IMG/VR virus record: IMGVR_UViG_3300037400_002350
Coordinates: 36,969 to 100,968 of that record
DNA length: 64,000 nucleotides
DNA from: a virus
Lineage: Duplodnaviria; Caudoviricetes
Direction: 5' to 3' (one strand)
The translations under genes and the position numbers were made by a program. Every line of letters begins with the position of its first letter. Position 1 is the stretch's first letter. Under the pieces are notes generated by a model, which was given only the letters and a program-made list of their open reading frames with translations, searched no databases and had not been told where the DNA came from. Below, piece after piece: positions 61,015 through 64,000 of the stretch.

Positions 61015-61833
61015 ATGGAAAACAATCTAAATTTCACAGCCGAAGTTGGGCCTGGTTTCATCGACAGAATTGAAATCCAGGATACCGAGTACGAGAGAAA
61101 CATCAATGGTGTTCTAACCAAAGTTGAAGACAAAGTGTGGCTCTTCTATCTACGAAGTGGCTTCGATGCCGAATCGACAGAAGAACCCAACGTGTTCGCA
61201 GCTCTTCCAAACAGAAATGGTGGTTTGATAGAACCGTTCAAAAAACTGACACCAGTAAATGAAAACGGAATCGTCACAATCACAGGAGAAGCCATAGAAC
61301 AGATGGAGTGTCCAGAACATCTGAAAAAGTACCTAACGCCAGATGGGCAATTCAGGCACGATAAAATGATGGGAGGAGACGACACTGTATATGCTTCTTA
61401 CGGAATGTACAAAAGAGCATTAGGCACGTGGGGTTGTTGGGAACCAAAAGTAGGTTCAAAGGCACTGGCCTTCGCAACCATCCCAATAGGAGATGGAGTG
61501 CGTGAATATTACCGAATGAAAAAAGGCGAGATTCGTAAAGACAGAAATGGCGATGCAATAAAGCAGACAACTGCAAGAGTCGCCGTGCTTGTAAGATACA
61601 ACCCGCTCACAAAAACATTCGGCAACGCAAACGGAGGTACCCCAGAAGCTGCAATTCGTGGAGAACTTGACACTCAAATTACCAACAAACTTTGGAGGCT
61701 TGTAGAACTGCCAAAATCTCTCACAGAAAGACTCGGAGGAGGACTCCCACCTATCCAAAAACAGGAGGAAGTCGCACCAGGTGCCCCTACACAAGGAGCT
61801 GGAGCCGCACAAGCAACAACTGCTACAACGTAG
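61015..61833 (+). CDS. Hypothetical early protein, 272 aa, ending in TAG
   Basis: Intact ORF with a low-complexity Ala/Thr tail; in-frame TAA six codons after the TAG. Confidence 0.75.
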   Translation: MENNLNFTAEVGPGFIDRIEIQDTEYERNINGVLTKVEDKVWLFYLRSGFDAESTEEPNVFAALPNRNGGLIEPFKKLTPVNENGIVTITGEAIEQMECPEHLKKYLTPDGQFRHDKMMGGDDTVYASYGMYKRALGTWGCWEPKVGSKALAFATIPIGDGVREYYRMKKGEIRKDRNGDAIKQTTARVAVLVRYNPLTKTFGNANGGTPEAAIRGELDTQITNKLWRLVELPKSLTERLGGGLPPIQKQEEVAPGAPTQGAGAAQATTATT

Positions 61834-61847
61834 GAGCACCCCACTAA

Positions 61848-62342
61848 GTAACAGCGCACGGGAAAGCCCGTGTCGCTGTTACGTTGTTTACATAACCAAA
61901 ACCCATTTATACGCTGTTGTTAATCAAATTGTTTAACTCTTAAAACAAAGTCAGTTTATCTGACAATTTATGTACACAAAAATGTAAAAATGTAACGCAG
62001 CCGCGCTACAAAGCGTGGCATGCACCCAAAAAAGCTGGTAGTTGAAATAATACTACTTTGCAGTAATCAAATTCAAATTTAAAATGAAGTATTACTCAGC
62101 TCAGTGACGGGGTGCATGATTTGACCTGTTGTGCACCCTTAAGAGTTGAACCCAAATTGCACACACACGTCGAACCGAAAGGTTCGACAGGGGCTAAAAC
62201 GGTTTTGGTCAACGTTGAAAGACCAACGGAAACTGTTGACGCCCGTGTGTGCTAGTCTCAGGACACGCGGAGACAATAATGTCGTGTGCAAAACAATGGG
62301 AGAGCGATGCTGGTCTGCACTCAGCAACTCTCCCGCTTTTTG
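61848..62342 (+). ncRNA. Candidate large structured non-coding RNA or RNA cluster
   Basis: At least seven helices, including long-range pairs; no convincing ORF; ends in GGGAGAG...CTCTCCC plus a T run. Confidence 0.5.
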
Positions 62343-62368
62343 AAATCAATTCAAAATCAATATATACG

Positions 62369-62599
62369 ATGTACAGAATAAAATTCCGTCATTTTGTAAA
62401 CTCAGAATCATCGTTGACGCCAAAAGAAGAAGCGATAATATTCGAGTCAGAGTTCGAAGAAGAAACAAAACAATTCTTTAAAGAACTAAAACGAATGTAT
62501 ATAGTAACATCGCTAGGTTTTACAGAAACAGAAACTTCGTTAAAATTCCTAATGAACTATAGAAACGAAGAATACTACCTAAACCTAGAAGTAGATTAA
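62369..62599 (+). CDS. Hypothetical protein, 76 aa
   Basis: ATG 62369 follows an A-rich leader. Confidence 0.55.
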   Translation: MYRIKFRHFVNSESSLTPKEEAIIFESEFEEETKQFFKELKRMYIVTSLGFTETETSLKFLMNYRNEEYYLNLEVD

Positions 62600-62677
62600 G
62601 CGTAAAGCCTCACCGCGTTTAAAGAGTGAGGCAATGAGTTAATAAATCAATTATCAACAAACTAAACATCAATTAAG

Positions 62678-62896
62678 ATGAAAACAAGCAAAACAAAAAC
62701 AAAAAAACGTCCAACAGAAGACGAAAAAGAAAAGATTAAATCAGCTGTAGAAGAGCTGATGGAAGCGACGAAAAAATTCACCGAGCTGAATGTACCAATT
62801 AACATGGTCTTTCAAATGGTAAGAGAAGTGTATGCAGCACAAGAGTTTTTATCAATGTTAACCACACTGAAGAATGAGCTCAAACGCAGCAAATAA
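62678..62896 (+). CDS. Hypothetical helical protein, 72 aa
   Basis: Intact ORF with an A-rich leader. Confidence 0.6.
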   Translation: MKTSKTKTKKRPTEDEKEKIKSAVEELMEATKKFTELNVPINMVFQMVREVYAAQEFLSMLTTLKNELKRSK

Positions 62897-63016
62897 CGAA
62901 CCAAACCCTTGGTATGCATTATTGTATACCTTGGGTATGGTAATCGCACTCCTTATCTTGATAGGGATTGCAGGCCACATAGAAAGATACTTTTAATCTT
63001 ATTAAATATTATCACT

Positions 63017-63406
63017 ATGGCACATTTAGTCGATGAACAAGAAATTACGCGCTACAACATGTGGCGCCAGAACAAGAAGGGGCAGTTGACAAACTCAAAA
63101 GAGACTATCGAAGCCCTTTCAAGTTTAAACTATCCCCAAAATCCAGGTTTTCTAACGAGCCTAGTGAAACATGGGTGTATCTTAAAGAATGGCACAGGTC
63201 GCAATACACAATATTGTGTGCCTCCAAAGCCTGTGCATAAGGATTCACTTCAAGCTGCTTGGGAATCATATCTTCATCCAAAGAAGAAACCCAAGAAATT
63301 TGAACTAGACGTAACAGCACTCATTCAACAACATCCAGACGTAGTTATAGCCCAATTGAAAAATATGGGTTATAAGATTCTGAAATGTGAGTGGAGAGAA
63401 TGCTAA
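63017..63406 (+). CDS. Hypothetical protein, 129 aa (possible winged-helix-like)
   Basis: ATG 63017; FLTSLVKHGCILKNGTGRNTQYCV resembles a helix-plus-wing segment. Confidence 0.55.
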   Translation: MAHLVDEQEITRYNMWRQNKKGQLTNSKETIEALSSLNYPQNPGFLTSLVKHGCILKNGTGRNTQYCVPPKPVHKDSLQAAWESYLHPKKKPKKFELDVTALIQQHPDVVIAQLKNMGYKILKCEWREC

Positions 63407-63647
63407 GCATATCTGGGTCGGTACATAAAACAATGTTAAACTTTTAAAAAAAGGTATCAGTCTGTTGTTTAATTCGATTACTTCCCCCGACCCAGATTTC
63501 CTATACAAGCATGTCTTTTTTCAACGATGAATAATGTTTATACCTGTGCAGTCTGTGAAGATAGCACAGTTTTCATAGGAGTTCATGCACATTACATTCG
63601 CACAATCCCTTCCTATAAAATCAATCTCTAGTGCGTGAACTCCTTTT

Positions 63648-63693
63648 GAATATAAATATCGGAACAAGGTTGGTTCAAATCCAACTATATTCA
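63648..63693 (+). ncRNA. Anticodon-less tRNA-like element (acceptor stem plus T-arm)
   Basis: GAATATA-AATATCGGAACAAG-GTTGG-TTCAAAT-CCAAC-TATATTC-A: perfect 7-bp and 5-bp helices. Confidence 0.6.
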
Positions 63694-63847
63694 CAGCTAT
63701 TTTCCTTTATTAGTTAAGTATTTCGTTTGATGAATATAAACGTGTAGTTTGAGAAAATAACATGTTTAGCTTGTAAATACTCATAATTGATTTTTATTTT
63801 AGTTAGTAATGTAGCCTCATCCGCTTGTGAAAGTAGGTGAGGGTTTT

Positions 63848-63921
63848 GGACTTGTAGCTCAGTCGGTTAGAGCAACAGACTCATAATCTGGAGGTCATAG
63901 GTTCAAGCCCTATCTGGTCCA
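63848..63921 (+). tRNA. tRNA with CAU anticodon, most like tRNA-Ile2 (lysidine-modified); elongator Met not excluded
   Basis: GGACTTG TA GCTCAGTCGGTTAGAGC A ACAGA CT-CAT-AA TCTGG AGGTC ATAGG TTCAAGC CCTAT CTGGTCC A; no encoded CCA; lacks initiator features. Confidence 0.88.
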
Positions 63922-64000
63922 CGACGTCAGGTTTTATTCACTCTCCTGACGTTCTGAATCATATTAAGTTAATCATTTTACACGCACCACTTGTGAAAGC

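Noticed and set aside
62030-62070. Bacteroidota-type promoter near TACTACTTTGCAG
   Set aside because: It does not exactly fit TAnnTTTG, lacks a clear -33 TTTG, and also forms part of a hairpin; too uncertain to call.

Overview
This window is 64 kb of a crAss-like (Crassvirales) bacteriophage, probably infecting a Bacteroidota host, that reads TAG as glutamine (translation table 15). The supplied code-11 ORF track is therefore fragmented: consecutive minus-strand fragments share a frame, are separated by TAG, and join into full-length genes. From 56288 down to position 1 the minus strand carries a small TAG-free cluster (GroES-like, HU-like, an amber-suppressor tRNA with anticodon CUA, dUTPase) and then the virion module. 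That module comprises tail/fibre proteins, a ~2,719-aa LamG/CotH-kinase-like protein, terminase, collagen and BspA-LRR/Ig fibres, portal, a PI-PLC-like enzyme, major capsid protein, ring proteins, lysis genes, muzzle, two cargo proteins, and a >3,690-aa protein with PD-(D/E)xK and zincin motifs (likely the virion RNA polymerase polyprotein) running off the left end. From 56421 the plus strand carries a short divergent operon, then early-type genes with structured intergenic RNAs and a tRNA(CAU). The least familiar signals are: (i) two unrelated anticodon-less tRNA mimics (acceptor stem plus T-arm) at 42171-42220 and 63648-63693; (ii) back-to-back TGCAAC-N17-CGTTATGCG elements pointing one way at the suppressor-tRNA operon and the other way at a gene with 9 TAG codons; (iii) a duplicated ~65-bp motif after terminators, a candidate virion-RNAP promoter; (iv) a ~500-nt highly structured non-coding RNA. 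All calls were made by eye; no database searches were run.
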